From the NCBI GenBank assembly GCA_963674735.2, contig CAXXQS010000002.1:768001-832000 (forward strand): a DNA stretch of 64,000 nucleotides, written 5' to 3'. Of the stretch, positions 48,375 to 57,940 are shown one piece after another; position 1 is the stretch's first letter; each line of letters begins with the position of its first letter. Position numbers and translations under genes: made by a program. Under the pieces are notes generated by a model. That model was not told where the DNA came from. It saw only the letters and a list, made by a program, of their open reading frames with translations, and did no database searches. Source of the stretch: Myxococcota bacterium. Its GTDB lineage: Bacteria > Myxococcota_A > SURF-8.

Positions 48375-50393
48375 ATGGCCGTAGGTTCGCAATTGGGACA
48401 AGTTCTGGTGGATGCGGGTGTCCTCGATGAGGCACAGCATGAAGGATATACTGCCCGTGCGCGACGCGAACAGAAATCACTCCCAATCCTACTGATGGAA
48501 GATGGTTTATGCTCGGATGAAGAAATTGCCAAAACCTTGAGTATCCACTTGGGCTTGCCATTCGTCCAACTCGACCAGATTCGTATCCCCGGTTACGTAG
48601 CCAAAATTCTAACGCGTGAACAATCCGAGAAATACTGGGCGATTCCGGTTTCCTTCAAACGCGAGGGCGGCCAGGATGTTTTATACGTCGCCTTCCTCGA
48701 TCCAACCAGTGACGAAATCCTGCAAGAGATTCAGCAAAGTACCCATCGCACCATCCGTCCGGTCGTCTCCACTTACGCACACATCCGTGCCGCGATCGAT
48801 CGCTATCAGGTACCGCTTAAAGGACGTAAAAGCGTGCTGCGGGCTCGGCGACAAGCCCGAGAGCTGGAAGAAGACAACCAGGCGCGTCAGCTTACCGGTC
48901 ACGGCAAACCGGTTTCCACCGAATATGGAAGCAGCGAAGAAATCGCCGCACCGCCCGTCCAGGATATCGAGGTCTATGAAGATCTGGGGTTGCCTGAAGT
49001 TCCCGGCGATCAAGCGCCACCTTCGCCGCCCCCTTCTCCGATTTCGGAAACACCCGAAATCGAGGTCGAGGCCGTCGACGAAATACCCGATGGAGCCGAT
49101 GTGGTTCCGGTGGACGCTCCTCGCACCACTCCGACCACCGGTATCGAAGTGGCGGATCCGACACAAGATGATGACGAATCGGTCGAAGCTGAAATCGATC
49201 TGGAACTCGATTTTTCCGAGGAAGATCTCGGTCTCGATGCCACTTCCGCTACCAGTGAGCCCGACACCCAGCCGGTCCCCGAGGCCAAAGCGGATATCGA
49301 CCCGATGGACGATTTCGAGCTGGAGGCCGAACTGGAAATGGATAGCCCTCCCGCTACGCAAACCGACTCCACCGAAAACAGCGGGATGATGGAGTTTTTA
49401 AGCCTCGACCTGGACAAACTCGGCGCTGAAGATAACGACATCTTGCGTCGTCAGTCCGAGGCCAAGAGTGTCCGACAACGAGTTGCGTTCGGAGTGGAGA
49501 ACCCGGATAAAAAGGAACAAGCATCCGAAAAAAGCAACGACGCGCGAGCGCAAGACGAAACGGATGCCTTCGACAATTTCGACCTGGATCTGGATTCCTC
49601 AAACGAAAAGCCCACCGACAAAGCCGATTCATGGACCGATGACATGGATCTCGACTTCGAACTCGGCGATGAAAACGACAGCAAGGTGGACCTCCACGAT
49701 TCGGGCATCACACTCGCTTCCAGCGACAAAGAAGGCTCGGAAGGCGTACACCTCGATGAGGATGAAGAAGACTTCGATGCCTTCGATTTCGATATCCCCG
49801 AAGCCCCCGAATTCGATGGAGGCTCCAGTAGTGGCAGTTTCGCCTCCGTCCAATCCGATGAACAAGAATCCGCTCCGAACTCATCCGATCAACTTGAATC
49901 CTATTCCATCGAGTTGGAAGACAGCAGCCCATCTATCCCGGCCGTAAACGGCAACAATGAAACGGATGACTGGAGCCTGGACATCGATGCCTTGATCGAA
50001 AGTCGCACGGATACCCCAATCGTCCAGGAAGAACCGGTTTCCGACTTCGAAGATGCCGCCCGTAAACTGGATTCATTGCTGTCCGATATGGACGAAGCAC
50101 CCTCTTCGGAAGTTGAGCGCGAAGAAACCCAGGTCGATCCGGCGATTATCGAACAGCTATTGAAGCTGGCACAGACTGAAACCAAGGAAGAGGGCGGTTC
50201 CGACGAAGACGTGGAATTTATCTATTCTTTTTTGAACGGGAAACTAAGCGGCGAAAGCATCGATGACCCGCGCATGCAGAAACTGCAAACCATTCTTTCC
50301 GCCATGACTCAAGCCCTGATCGAAAAGGGCGTCATCGAAGAGCCTGATTTCCTAAAGGCTTTTTTCGAAAAACAGCTGAACATCAAAGACTGA
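48375..50393 (+). CDS. GspE-N/MshEN-domain protein with a long acidic disordered region and no ATPase domain
   Basis: QLGQVLVDAGVL...LMEDGLCSDEEIAKTLS...AIPV...VAFLDP; D/E-rich centre; C-terminal ALIEKGVI. Confidence 0.82.
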   Translation: MAVGSQLGQVLVDAGVLDEAQHEGYTARARREQKSLPILLMEDGLCSDEEIAKTLSIHLGLPFVQLDQIRIPGYVAKILTREQSEKYWAIPVSFKREGGQDVLYVAFLDPTSDEILQEIQQSTHRTIRPVVSTYAHIRAAIDRYQVPLKGRKSVLRARRQARELEEDNQARQLTGHGKPVSTEYGSSEEIAAPPVQDIEVYEDLGLPEVPGDQAPPSPPPSPISETPEIEVEAVDEIPDGADVVPVDAPRTTPTTGIEVADPTQDDDESVEAEIDLELDFSEEDLGLDATSATSEPDTQPVPEAKADIDPMDDFELEAELEMDSPPATQTDSTENSGMMEFLSLDLDKLGAEDNDILRRQSEAKSVRQRVAFGVENPDKKEQASEKSNDARAQDETDAFDNFDLDLDSSNEKPTDKADSWTDDMDLDFELGDENDSKVDLHDSGITLASSDKEGSEGVHLDEDEEDFDAFDFDIPEAPEFDGGSSSGSFASVQSDEQESAPNSSDQLESYSIELEDSSPSIPAVNGNNETDDWSLDIDALIESRTDTPIVQEEPVSDFEDAARKLDSLLSDMDEAPSSEVEREETQVDPAIIEQLLKLAQTETKEEGGSDEDVEFIYSFLNGKLSGESIDDPRMQKLQTILSAMTQALIEKGVIEEPDFLKAFFEKQLNIKD

Positions 50394-50497
50394 TCTGACG
50401 CAATCCGGTTTCCCATAGGACTTTCGCCATGCTTCAAGCAAGAATCGCTTGAAGGTGCGTAACGAAGGCGGATACGGAGAATCAATCGTTTAATCGT

Positions 50498-50728
50498 TTA
50501 GTCCAACGAAACGATTTCGTGCACGGAGCCCGGACAAGCGTTTTCAAGGGTACGATGAATATCGGCGGTAAGACGTTCCAATTGGCGCGGGCAACCCTGA
50601 CAACGATTTTCCACACGCACGGCCAACACGCCGTCGGTGAAATCGACCACCTGGATACGGGCAGCCGGTTGATCCAGGTGGGTAACCCAATCACTCAGTA
50701 ATTTCTCGATGTGTTCCTGCGTTGTCAT
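50498..50728 (-). CDS. NifU C-terminal-like small protein
   Basis: IQVVDFTDGVLAVRVENRCQGCP; RBS AGGAG. Confidence 0.7.
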   Translation of the reverse strand: MTTQEHIEKLLSDWVTHLDQPAARIQVVDFTDGVLAVRVENRCQGCPRQLERLTADIHRTLENACPGSVHEIVSLD

Positions 50729-50813
50729 TCTCGCTCCTCCTGATCCCGTTGTGGCGCGCTCACTCTACCCGCTCGCGTTTCAACATCCAATGATTTGAAT
50801 CATCCGGAGGAAC

Positions 50814-50845
50814 AAAAAAAACAGGCCCAACAGACCTGTTTTATT
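50814..50845 (-). terminator. Intrinsic terminator
   Basis: AAAACAGG...CCTGTTTT with a long T-run on the minus strand. Confidence 0.6.
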
Positions 50846-50891
50846 TGTAATTACTTTAATTTGCAGGGGCCGGATCGTCACCCGAACGGAA

Positions 50892-52013
50892 TCAGTTGCC
50901 CCCCTCCGTCTCGGCAACGGCCGGAAGCAACGAAATATAATCGGCGCCGATCACATAGCCATTCGATTCGGCGGCATCGCGACCGAAAACACGCATCCGC
51001 AGCCAATGAACGCCTGCCAGAGGGTCTTCGGAGTCAAGGTCGCTGCCACTCAAGCAAACGGGCTCATACACCACTTGCGCTTCCAGGGCGGCATCGTACC
51101 CGCCGGACGGACTGCAATGCAAACTCAGCTTGGTATCGCCCCCGGTCGTTTTGAGCGGTGTGGTCTCGTCATCCAAAAACAGGGCGACCTCGCCCCAATT
51201 GGGTCCGCAGGCATAGTTGATGTAGAAGTTGTAGAGATGCGTGATGTTGATATCGACCAGAAAAGCCAGCTCTTGAAGATCGCCATTGAGGAACCCGTCT
51301 TCCGTCGCATTGAGGCGGACATAGGTATCATCTTCGAAATCGGGGTTATCGCTCGTGACAATCGCCGCCGCATCGGTGGGAGTGCTTTGTGTTTCACGGA
51401 AGAGATCTTCGGCCCGCCGCAGGATCGGCGCAATCAAGTCATCGGGATTGCCACACTGGTTGCCATCGATATCGCCGTCCGAATCATCGCCATCGGTCGT
51501 ATCGCCGTCCACATACCGGCAGTCGCCCTCGACACAGGTTTCCGAGGCATTGCAGGTTGCGTATTCCTCCCAGGAGGAGCCCAGGCGATCGCATACCATC
51601 ACGACGTTGCCCTCGCAGCGGCGTTGATCAGGCTCGCAAACCACCTCGATATCAATTTCAGGCAGGAAATCCGCATCGCCCATGCCGCAATCGGAAGGCA
51701 AAGCACAAATATTCTGGCCCAATATGCGCAGACAGCAGGAGCCTTGCAGCAGGTCGGAGCACTCGCCATCGGACGAGCATAACGTGGAGCAGAAAGCGCC
51801 GCGGTCGTCCGGCCAACAAAGTTCCGAACAGCAGTCGCCATTATCCGCACAAGTCTGGCCCACCCCCAGGCATAAGCTATCTTCGCCATCGGCATCCGAA
51901 GCTTCCTGGTCGCCATCCGTCGAGGCTTCACCATCTCCCGAACCGCAGGCCGGAATTCCGGCTATGATCAACAAGAAACCAAAGGTCAGAAGGCACACTA
52001 TCCGCATCGTCAT
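50892..52013 (-). CDS. Cys-rich lipoprotein with DGD linkers and a C-terminal CBM-like beta-sandwich
   Basis: Lipobox IPAC; CC-containing modules; C-terminal YVIGADYISL; RBS GAGGAG. Confidence 0.75.
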   Translation of the reverse strand: MTMRIVCLLTFGFLLIIAGIPACGSGDGEASTDGDQEASDADGEDSLCLGVGQTCADNGDCCSELCWPDDRGAFCSTLCSSDGECSDLLQGSCCLRILGQNICALPSDCGMGDADFLPEIDIEVVCEPDQRRCEGNVVMVCDRLGSSWEEYATCNASETCVEGDCRYVDGDTTDGDDSDGDIDGNQCGNPDDLIAPILRRAEDLFRETQSTPTDAAAIVTSDNPDFEDDTYVRLNATEDGFLNGDLQELAFLVDINITHLYNFYINYACGPNWGEVALFLDDETTPLKTTGGDTKLSLHCSPSGGYDAALEAQVVYEPVCLSGSDLDSEDPLAGVHWLRMRVFGRDAAESNGYVIGADYISLLPAVAETEGGN

Positions 52014-52348
52014 ACTCCTCGTCAAACAGCACTCAGCTATTCGAGACCTCAGCAAGAAATCGTTTCGAAATATTAGGATACTCTAAAGTTTCCCCGGATG
52101 CAACAACCCTGCAACCGTTTGCATCTTCTAGATAAAAAAACAAAAGGCCAGCTTGATTCGAGGCCACCAAACTGAACCCGTCTGCCTGCATCATGGGGTT
52201 GACATTGACGTTAGGACTGTTAAACTTGAAAGTAATGCAACTTAAGCGGAGCAAGGTGCTGAGTCGTTTGTTTTGCAGAATGTAGTGAGGATGGTTGTAA
52301 AAAGCAGGTCGCCGTTTTCGCGCAACGGCGTTACCAGAGAGGCATTCA

Positions 52349-53002
52349 ATGTCGAGCCACCCGCAAGCATTCGCTCAACTACGGGTCCGTTTGCAAGCCA
52401 AGCTGACCACTGATGGCCGTGACTACAACGTCATTCTCTCTCGAATCGGAGAAGAATCCGCTCAGATAACAACCAATTACAACTTTTCGGCCGGTAAGTC
52501 CTTTCTCCTCTCCTGTGAAATGCTGCCTGGCCATGCATTCCGGGCCGAAGGGGTGATCGGCGTCAACCACAAAGCGCCGGGTGATGTCAAGCAACAGATC
52601 ATCGATCTGCGTTTCACACGCGTACGCGCCATGGCGAAAGTGGTGCTACATGAATATTTCGGCCATACGCATAATCGCCGCAGGGAGCCCCGTCACAAAG
52701 CCGATTTCCCCATCAGGATGCTTCATCCAACCGGACTTGCCAACCTTGAGGCAGCCAATCTTTCCATGACCGGGCTGTTCGTCGTGACCGACATACCCGT
52801 TCCGGCCGAGACATTCATCCGCCTGGAACTGACCCTGGATAAGCGCTTGACCGTGATATTGGACGCACGAGTGGTGTACCTGATCGATCGCGTCATGGCA
52901 CAGAAAATCAACCGCCCGGCCGGATTCGGAGTGGAAATTCTGCACATGCAGACGATCGACAGGCAGAACCTGCAACAGCATCTCCATTCACTCGATCATT
53001 AA
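52349..53002 (+). CDS. Tandem PilZ-domain protein
   Basis: Second domain has RREPR and NLSMTG; first domain is degenerate. Confidence 0.82.
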   Translation: MSSHPQAFAQLRVRLQAKLTTDGRDYNVILSRIGEESAQITTNYNFSAGKSFLLSCEMLPGHAFRAEGVIGVNHKAPGDVKQQIIDLRFTRVRAMAKVVLHEYFGHTHNRRREPRHKADFPIRMLHPTGLANLEAANLSMTGLFVVTDIPVPAETFIRLELTLDKRLTVILDARVVYLIDRVMAQKINRPAGFGVEILHMQTIDRQNLQQHLHSLDH

Positions 53003-53027
53003 AATTGGAACGCCTCCCATAAACGAT

Positions 53028-53056
53028 GTTACGGGCGGGACTTGCCCACCCGTAAC
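53028..53056. terminator. Hairpin between convergent PilZ and hsp20 genes
   Basis: GTTACGGGCGGG-ACTTG-CCCACCCGTAAC. Confidence 0.65.
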
Positions 53057-53077
53057 ACTCACACGGACAGAGTCTGT

Positions 53078-53515
53078 TTATCCTTCAACCGCGATTTCGC
53101 GCGGCTTGACTTCTTCCTTCTTGGGAAGGCCCACTTCCAAAACACCGTTATGGAGGTTGGCGGAAATCTGGTCGGCATTGATCCCGTCACCAACCCGGAA
53201 GGAGCGCTTGAAGCTGCCGAAATAACGTTCGCTGCAATGACATTTTCCTTCGGATTCCACCGTCTTTCCTTTGCGCTCGCCGCTGATGGTCAAGACGCCT
53301 TTGTCGAGAGAAATGGAAATATCCTTTTTCTCGACACCCGGCAGATCGATGGACAGTTCGTAAGCAGACTCGGTTTCCTGGATGTCGACGGGAGCCAACC
53401 AGTTGACCGCGCGGCTGGTACCACCGTTGAAGAAGTCCGTGAACAAGCGGTCAATGTTGTTTTCACGAAGGGAAGGCCACAATGTTTTAGGTGTGTAGTG
53501 AACCAAGCGTGTCAT
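53078..53515 (-). CDS. Small heat shock protein Hsp20/alpha-crystallin
   Basis: PVDIQET, DLPGV, LTISGER, ERYFGSFKRSF, NGVLEVGLPK; RBS AGGAGG. Confidence 0.95.
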   Translation of the reverse strand: MTRLVHYTPKTLWPSLRENNIDRLFTDFFNGGTSRAVNWLAPVDIQETESAYELSIDLPGVEKKDISISLDKGVLTISGERKGKTVESEGKCHCSERYFGSFKRSFRVGDGINADQISANLHNGVLEVGLPKKEEVKPREIAVEG

Positions 53516-53635
53516 AGCATACCTCCTTGAACGAAACCGCATAGCGCGGAATATGAACGATTCAAAGTTGAGCTTGTGTTGGCCAACACGCTTTCTTCAG
53601 TTGTGCGGCGAATCCGTTTTGTCGCCGTCAAAAGA

Positions 53636-53664
53636 AAAATAAGATCGCTTTTCCGCCTGTCAAG
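53636..53664 (-). promoter_or_regulatory. Candidate RpoH-type promoter of hsp20
   Basis: CTTGAC...ATCTTATTT on the minus strand, loosely resembling CTTGAA-N13-16-CCCCATnT. Confidence 0.35.
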
Positions 53665-53707
53665 ACCACCCGTCGTATTTTTAAGCATTTCATTTTAACG
53701 TTGCGAA

Positions 53708-53737
53708 CAAAAAAACGGACCCACGCAAGGGTCCGGA
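53708..53737 (-). terminator. Terminator after the HDOD gene
   Basis: CGGACCC-TTGCGT-GGGTCCG then a T-run. Confidence 0.7.
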
Positions 53738-53763
53738 TGTGTAGACGGTATAAGAAAAAACAA

Positions 53764-54672
53764 TCAGGCGAAGAGTTGGTTTTCTTCGAAGAAGGCAAGT
53801 TTGACTTCATCGGCGATTTCCAGGATACGCTCGGGGCTGATTTTCATGAATTCGATTTCCGGGCAGTTGACCAGATCGACGGACGGATCGGCCGCATTCC
53901 ATCCGATCCCCAACTGACGGCACAGCCGCTTCGCATAGGATACGATTGCAATGGTAACCTTGATGTCCATATCGATGTCGGTCCACAACACTTCGGGCAG
54001 GTGGCTGTGGTAGCGCACCGCCGCTTCCAGCGAAGGCGCCAGGTTCCAGTTGCGAATCAACGTACCGCCCGCATGGGTGTAAGCGAAATGGAAGGCCTCT
54101 TTTTCCAGTTCCAGCTCGTTGGCGGCAGGATCTTTTTGCTGCCGATCGTAAATGCTTTTCACGGCATCACCATCGGCGCGCAGCATGAGCGTTTTGCCCA
54201 GGTTGTGTAACAAGCCAGCGACAAAAGCCTCGTCGGTATCGGTATCCTGAAACTCCAACGAAAGAATCCGGCAGGCGATTCCCACACCGATGGCCTGCTC
54301 CCATAGCTTGATGCTGTGCGGATCGCTGGACCGATACATGCTCAGAATGGCGGTCGAGACGGCGATGTCTTTGATGGTTTTGAAACCCACCACTAAAATC
54401 GCGCGCTGAAGGGTGTTGACCTTGCGCAGCAGGCCGTAGAAACTGGAGTTGGAAATCTTGAGCAGTTTCGCCGTCAATGACTGATCGGACTGAATAACCC
54501 GTTCCAGATCGTAGGCCGTCGATTTCGGGTTTTCGATCACCTGCATGATTTTGCGAGCGATCAAGGGTAGCTGTTTCAAATCGGAGGTCTTGTTGATCAA
54601 GAGCTCCAATTCTTTCTGCCCGGTCTCGTCCAGGCTATCGATCTCGGCTAGGAAATCGTATATTTCATTCAT
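53764..54672 (-). CDS. HDOD domain protein
   Basis: LPLIARKI, DQSLTAKLLKISNSSFYG, AGLLHNLGK, WNLAP...AVRYH. Confidence 0.92.
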   Translation of the reverse strand: MNEIYDFLAEIDSLDETGQKELELLINKTSDLKQLPLIARKIMQVIENPKSTAYDLERVIQSDQSLTAKLLKISNSSFYGLLRKVNTLQRAILVVGFKTIKDIAVSTAILSMYRSSDPHSIKLWEQAIGVGIACRILSLEFQDTDTDEAFVAGLLHNLGKTLMLRADGDAVKSIYDRQQKDPAANELELEKEAFHFAYTHAGGTLIRNWNLAPSLEAAVRYHSHLPEVLWTDIDMDIKVTIAIVSYAKRLCRQLGIGWNAADPSVDLVNCPEIEFMKISPERILEIADEVKLAFFEENQLFA

Positions 54673-54796
54673 GGATCGACCCTCACCCGGCGGATGTTAT
54701 AAACACATACGATTTGAGATGGCACAACCCCACCAATCCCTAATCAGAATTGGAATTATAGCATGTTACAGTGGGTGATGACAATCAAAATGTGTT

Positions 54797-55288
54797 TCAG
54801 ACGGGGTCCTTCAGCACGCCGGTCAACTCGGGCACATCGTTGAAATGCTTCGTTTTAACGAACGCCAGATAAATCGCGATGTCCTCCAAGGCGTGGCCTT
54901 GATTCTTCAATAAGGCGGTCAATTCGATCAGTTTTTCGGCCGAGGCTTCCTCGACGGCTGTCAACTCCTGCTCGGTGATGCCGTCATCGTTTTCGATACC
55001 GAAAAAATCCAGAGCGGCTTTAAGCAGGGGACGCTGCCCGTACAGCCAAGTTTTCAGAACTTCCTCCGCCATCTGCGATTCGTTGGCGGCCGCCAGCCCA
55101 TTTCGCACGGCCAGAGCCTGAATGGCGCGGTCTTTGCCGCTTTTCAGCGAAACACGTTTGCCCTTTTTTATTTTCTTGCCGTAACTGCCTTCGAGCATGT
55201 TGCGAATCTTGCGCGAACAGGTCGAATAGATTGCGATCCATTTATCATCGTCGATACGGGTGATCAGTTCCGGGTAATCCCACGCCAT
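54797..55288 (-). CDS. Hypothetical protein (163 aa)
   Basis: RBS GGAGGA, clean ORF, FFGIENDDG segment. Confidence 0.8.
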   Translation of the reverse strand: MAWDYPELITRIDDDKWIAIYSTCSRKIRNMLEGSYGKKIKKGKRVSLKSGKDRAIQALAVRNGLAAANESQMAEEVLKTWLYGQRPLLKAALDFFGIENDDGITEQELTAVEEASAEKLIELTALLKNQGHALEDIAIYLAFVKTKHFNDVPELTGVLKDPV

Positions 55289-55454
55289 GCTTGTCCTCCT
55301 GCTCAGTCGACTTCAGCGTCCGAGTCTACTGTCGGCTCCGGTCGCAGGCAAGATTTATTTTGCCCCTAGCCGCCTTTTACCGGAGGATCATTGCAGCTTA
55401 CCCGATCATGGAGTAGACTTCAAACACACGAACCGTGTCTTCGAGAGAGTTGAT

Positions 55455-57209
55455 ATGCTCCGCCTGCTGGCCCCACTGATCCTGTTTTTTCTCTTCTTCA
55501 TCGCTCCGGCGTGGGCGATCGGCCCCACCGAATCCGACACCCTCTGCGTGCTTTCCGCCGATGCCGCCGGATTTTCCGTGGAGGCCTGCAAAACCATCTC
55601 ACGCGACCGGCCCAGACGACCGGGGCCGACCCGACGAAGCATGGATCTTTCCTTCCAGTTGCACCGGTCCGGCGATCCATCCGTCACGCAGGGTTGGCTT
55701 TCCGACCCCTTCACCTTGCGCGCCGCTTTCGTTGCGGCGGATGCCGCCACCCGGCATGTCCACACAACCCGAGCCGACGGTGCCGTTCTCATCCGCCTGC
55801 CCGGCCTCTACGATCCAAAGCGGTTTGTTCTTGAAATCGACGGACGCCCGGCAACGGCCGCCGCTTTTACGAAAACCGACCGCGTTCGCCCAGCCGCCGC
55901 CGCTCAGCCGGTCGAAACCCTCATCGACAACGGACCGGTGGACAACCGCCTCGACCTGGTGGTTCTCGGCGACGGCTACACGGCCGGCGAACAAGGCGCT
56001 TTTCGCCAAGACGCCCTGGCCTTGCTCGACTACTGGCTGGCGCAGGAGCCGTTTCAACGTTACGCCATCCACTACAACGTCCATCTGCTTTTTATCGAAT
56101 CCGCCGAATCGGGAGCCGATCACCCCTCGCAAGGCATACAACGCGACACCGCCTTCGATGCGTCCTTCGACTATGCCGATATCCCGCAGTTACTGGTTGT
56201 GGATGAAGCCAAGGTCTTGAGAGCGGCCTTGGCCGCCCCCGACGTCGATCAGGTGGTTGTGATCGTGAACGACGACATGTATGGCGGGTCGGGCGGATCG
56301 GTGGCGGTCGTTTCACGCCATCTGGAAGCCCCCGAAGTCATGACACACGAACTCGGTCACAGCCTGGCGAATCTGGCCGATGAATACGAAGATCCGCTGC
56401 CCGGCTATGAACCGGGCGATAGCGAGCCGAACGTCACCTTCGAAACGGAACGCGACGCGATTCCCTGGGTGGATTGGATCGAGCCCGCGATGCCGCTTCC
56501 ATCACCCGAAGAAGACGCTTACGCCGGGCAAGTGGGCCTGTTCGAAGGAGCGCGTTACCGCGAAAGCGGCATCTACCGACCCGAGCTCACCTGTCGCATG
56601 CGCGAACTCGGACGCGACTTCTGCACGATCTGCCGCGAAGCGCTGGTGGCGGCACACTATCGCCATCTCGCCCCTTCCGACGCCCTGGGCGGGGATGTCG
56701 TCGCCGATGTCGGGGAAACCCTCTTTTTCGACGCCGCCCCGGTGCAACCCGAATCGGAAACGGTGTCCGTCGTCTGGACGGTAGACGGGCTGGAACAGGA
56801 GGCGCGTGTCGAAATCCTGGAGAAAACCTTCGAAAAGGGCCTCCATACGGTTACCGCACAGGTAGTTGACAGCTCCGATTGGCTGCGTTTGCCTGCGGCT
56901 CGCGATACCGCCCACGCCGACATCACCTGGACCGTCCACGCGGGGATTGAATCGTCCGATGGCGATTCGGATGCGGAAACGGATGAAGAGTTGGAGCAAG
57001 AAAGGGACGCCGAGGCGTCAAACGAGGGGGGCGACACCGACTTGCCCGCCGAAGATGGAGATACGGAAATCAACGAAAAGGAGGGGAATAACGGCGGCGG
57101 CTGCCGATCTTTCCCGCTTCCTTCTTCCGGCTGGATTTTATTGATTTTCGCTGTCTGCGCCTATGGTCGCCGCAGGAAAAACCGACCGGCTACTCCACCC
57201 GATCGGTGA
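55455..57209 (+). CDS. Secreted M64 (IgA peptidase-like) metallopeptidase with a DGD linker and MYXO-CTERM-like tail
   Basis: Signal peptide; DNRLDLVVLGDGYT, YGGSG, HELGHSLANLADEY, GLFEGA, CRMR...FCTICRE; C-terminal GGGC-hydrophobic-RRRK. Confidence 0.88.
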   Translation: MLRLLAPLILFFLFFIAPAWAIGPTESDTLCVLSADAAGFSVEACKTISRDRPRRPGPTRRSMDLSFQLHRSGDPSVTQGWLSDPFTLRAAFVAADAATRHVHTTRADGAVLIRLPGLYDPKRFVLEIDGRPATAAAFTKTDRVRPAAAAQPVETLIDNGPVDNRLDLVVLGDGYTAGEQGAFRQDALALLDYWLAQEPFQRYAIHYNVHLLFIESAESGADHPSQGIQRDTAFDASFDYADIPQLLVVDEAKVLRAALAAPDVDQVVVIVNDDMYGGSGGSVAVVSRHLEAPEVMTHELGHSLANLADEYEDPLPGYEPGDSEPNVTFETERDAIPWVDWIEPAMPLPSPEEDAYAGQVGLFEGARYRESGIYRPELTCRMRELGRDFCTICREALVAAHYRHLAPSDALGGDVVADVGETLFFDAAPVQPESETVSVVWTVDGLEQEARVEILEKTFEKGLHTVTAQVVDSSDWLRLPAARDTAHADITWTVHAGIESSDGDSDAETDEELEQERDAEASNEGGDTDLPAEDGDTEINEKEGNNGGGCRSFPLPSSGWILLIFAVCAYGRRRKNRPATPPDR

Positions 57210-57882
57210 TAAGCTGACAAATTCCGCCTTCCAGACAATCGAGCCACGCGGTGTCGTCGCAGGCCAACTCGGCGCAAGCGGCGTAATACAGGAATGTCTC
57301 ATCGGTGTAAAGAGCCGCATGAATGTTGCTGCACGCGGTTCGATTGGTCTCGGCCACGTCGGGATCGCAATCGCGCAAAAGATCGCCGACCTGGTCGCAC
57401 ACGCTGTAACGCGGTGGATCGACCGATTCGCTTTCCAGCGCTTTACGACGGCAGTAGACCTCCAGGTCGGGCGAGGTGTCGCCCAAGTCCCGGGCTTGCT
57501 CGAAATTGCTGCAACTCGTGTTGATGATACAGTTTTCCCAGCGATCCAGAATTTCCGGAATCACCTCGTAACTGCGGGCATGGCAGTCGCGGCGGCACTC
57601 TTCGATGCTGTCGAAAAGACCGCCGCAGGTATCGACCTTGTTGCACCAGGCGGAGCAGGCCACGCTGCTTTGGGGGTTGGCTTCGGCACGACGCGCATGG
57701 CAGTCCACGGGCGGCAACGTTTCTTCTTCGATATCGCTATCGCCATCCGGTGAAAGCGTATCATCATCACCGCCGCAGGCCGCCAGGCAGAACATCAAGC
57801 AAACCAGCAGACACAACCACACCCAAACGCGAGGGTCACCTGCTTTGCCGGTCATCCGTTCGCCGTTTTTCGTCGCCGCCAT
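57190..57882 (-). CDS. Cys-rich lipoprotein
   Basis: Lipobox LAAC, GGDDD..PDGD, repeated Cys modules; RBS GGAGG; 20-nt 3' overlap with the M64 gene. Confidence 0.75.
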   Translation of the reverse strand: MAATKNGERMTGKAGDPRVWVWLCLLVCLMFCLAACGGDDDTLSPDGDSDIEEETLPPVDCHARRAEANPQSSVACSAWCNKVDTCGGLFDSIEECRRDCHARSYEVIPEILDRWENCIINTSCSNFEQARDLGDTSPDLEVYCRRKALESESVDPPRYSVCDQVGDLLRDCDPDVAETNRTACSNIHAALYTDETFLYYAACAELACDDTAWLDCLEGGICQLITDRVE

Positions 57883-57940
57883 CGCCACCTCCTGAATACG
57901 GGAAGCCGGGCTCCGGTCGACAGGCCGCAAGACACGCCGT

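Noticed and set aside
22471-53737. REP-like family among hairpins beginning A-run-CGGGACC (22471, 30887, 46791, 53708)
   Set aside because: Similarity is limited to about 7-10 nt and each sits at a gene 3' end; ordinary terminators explain them
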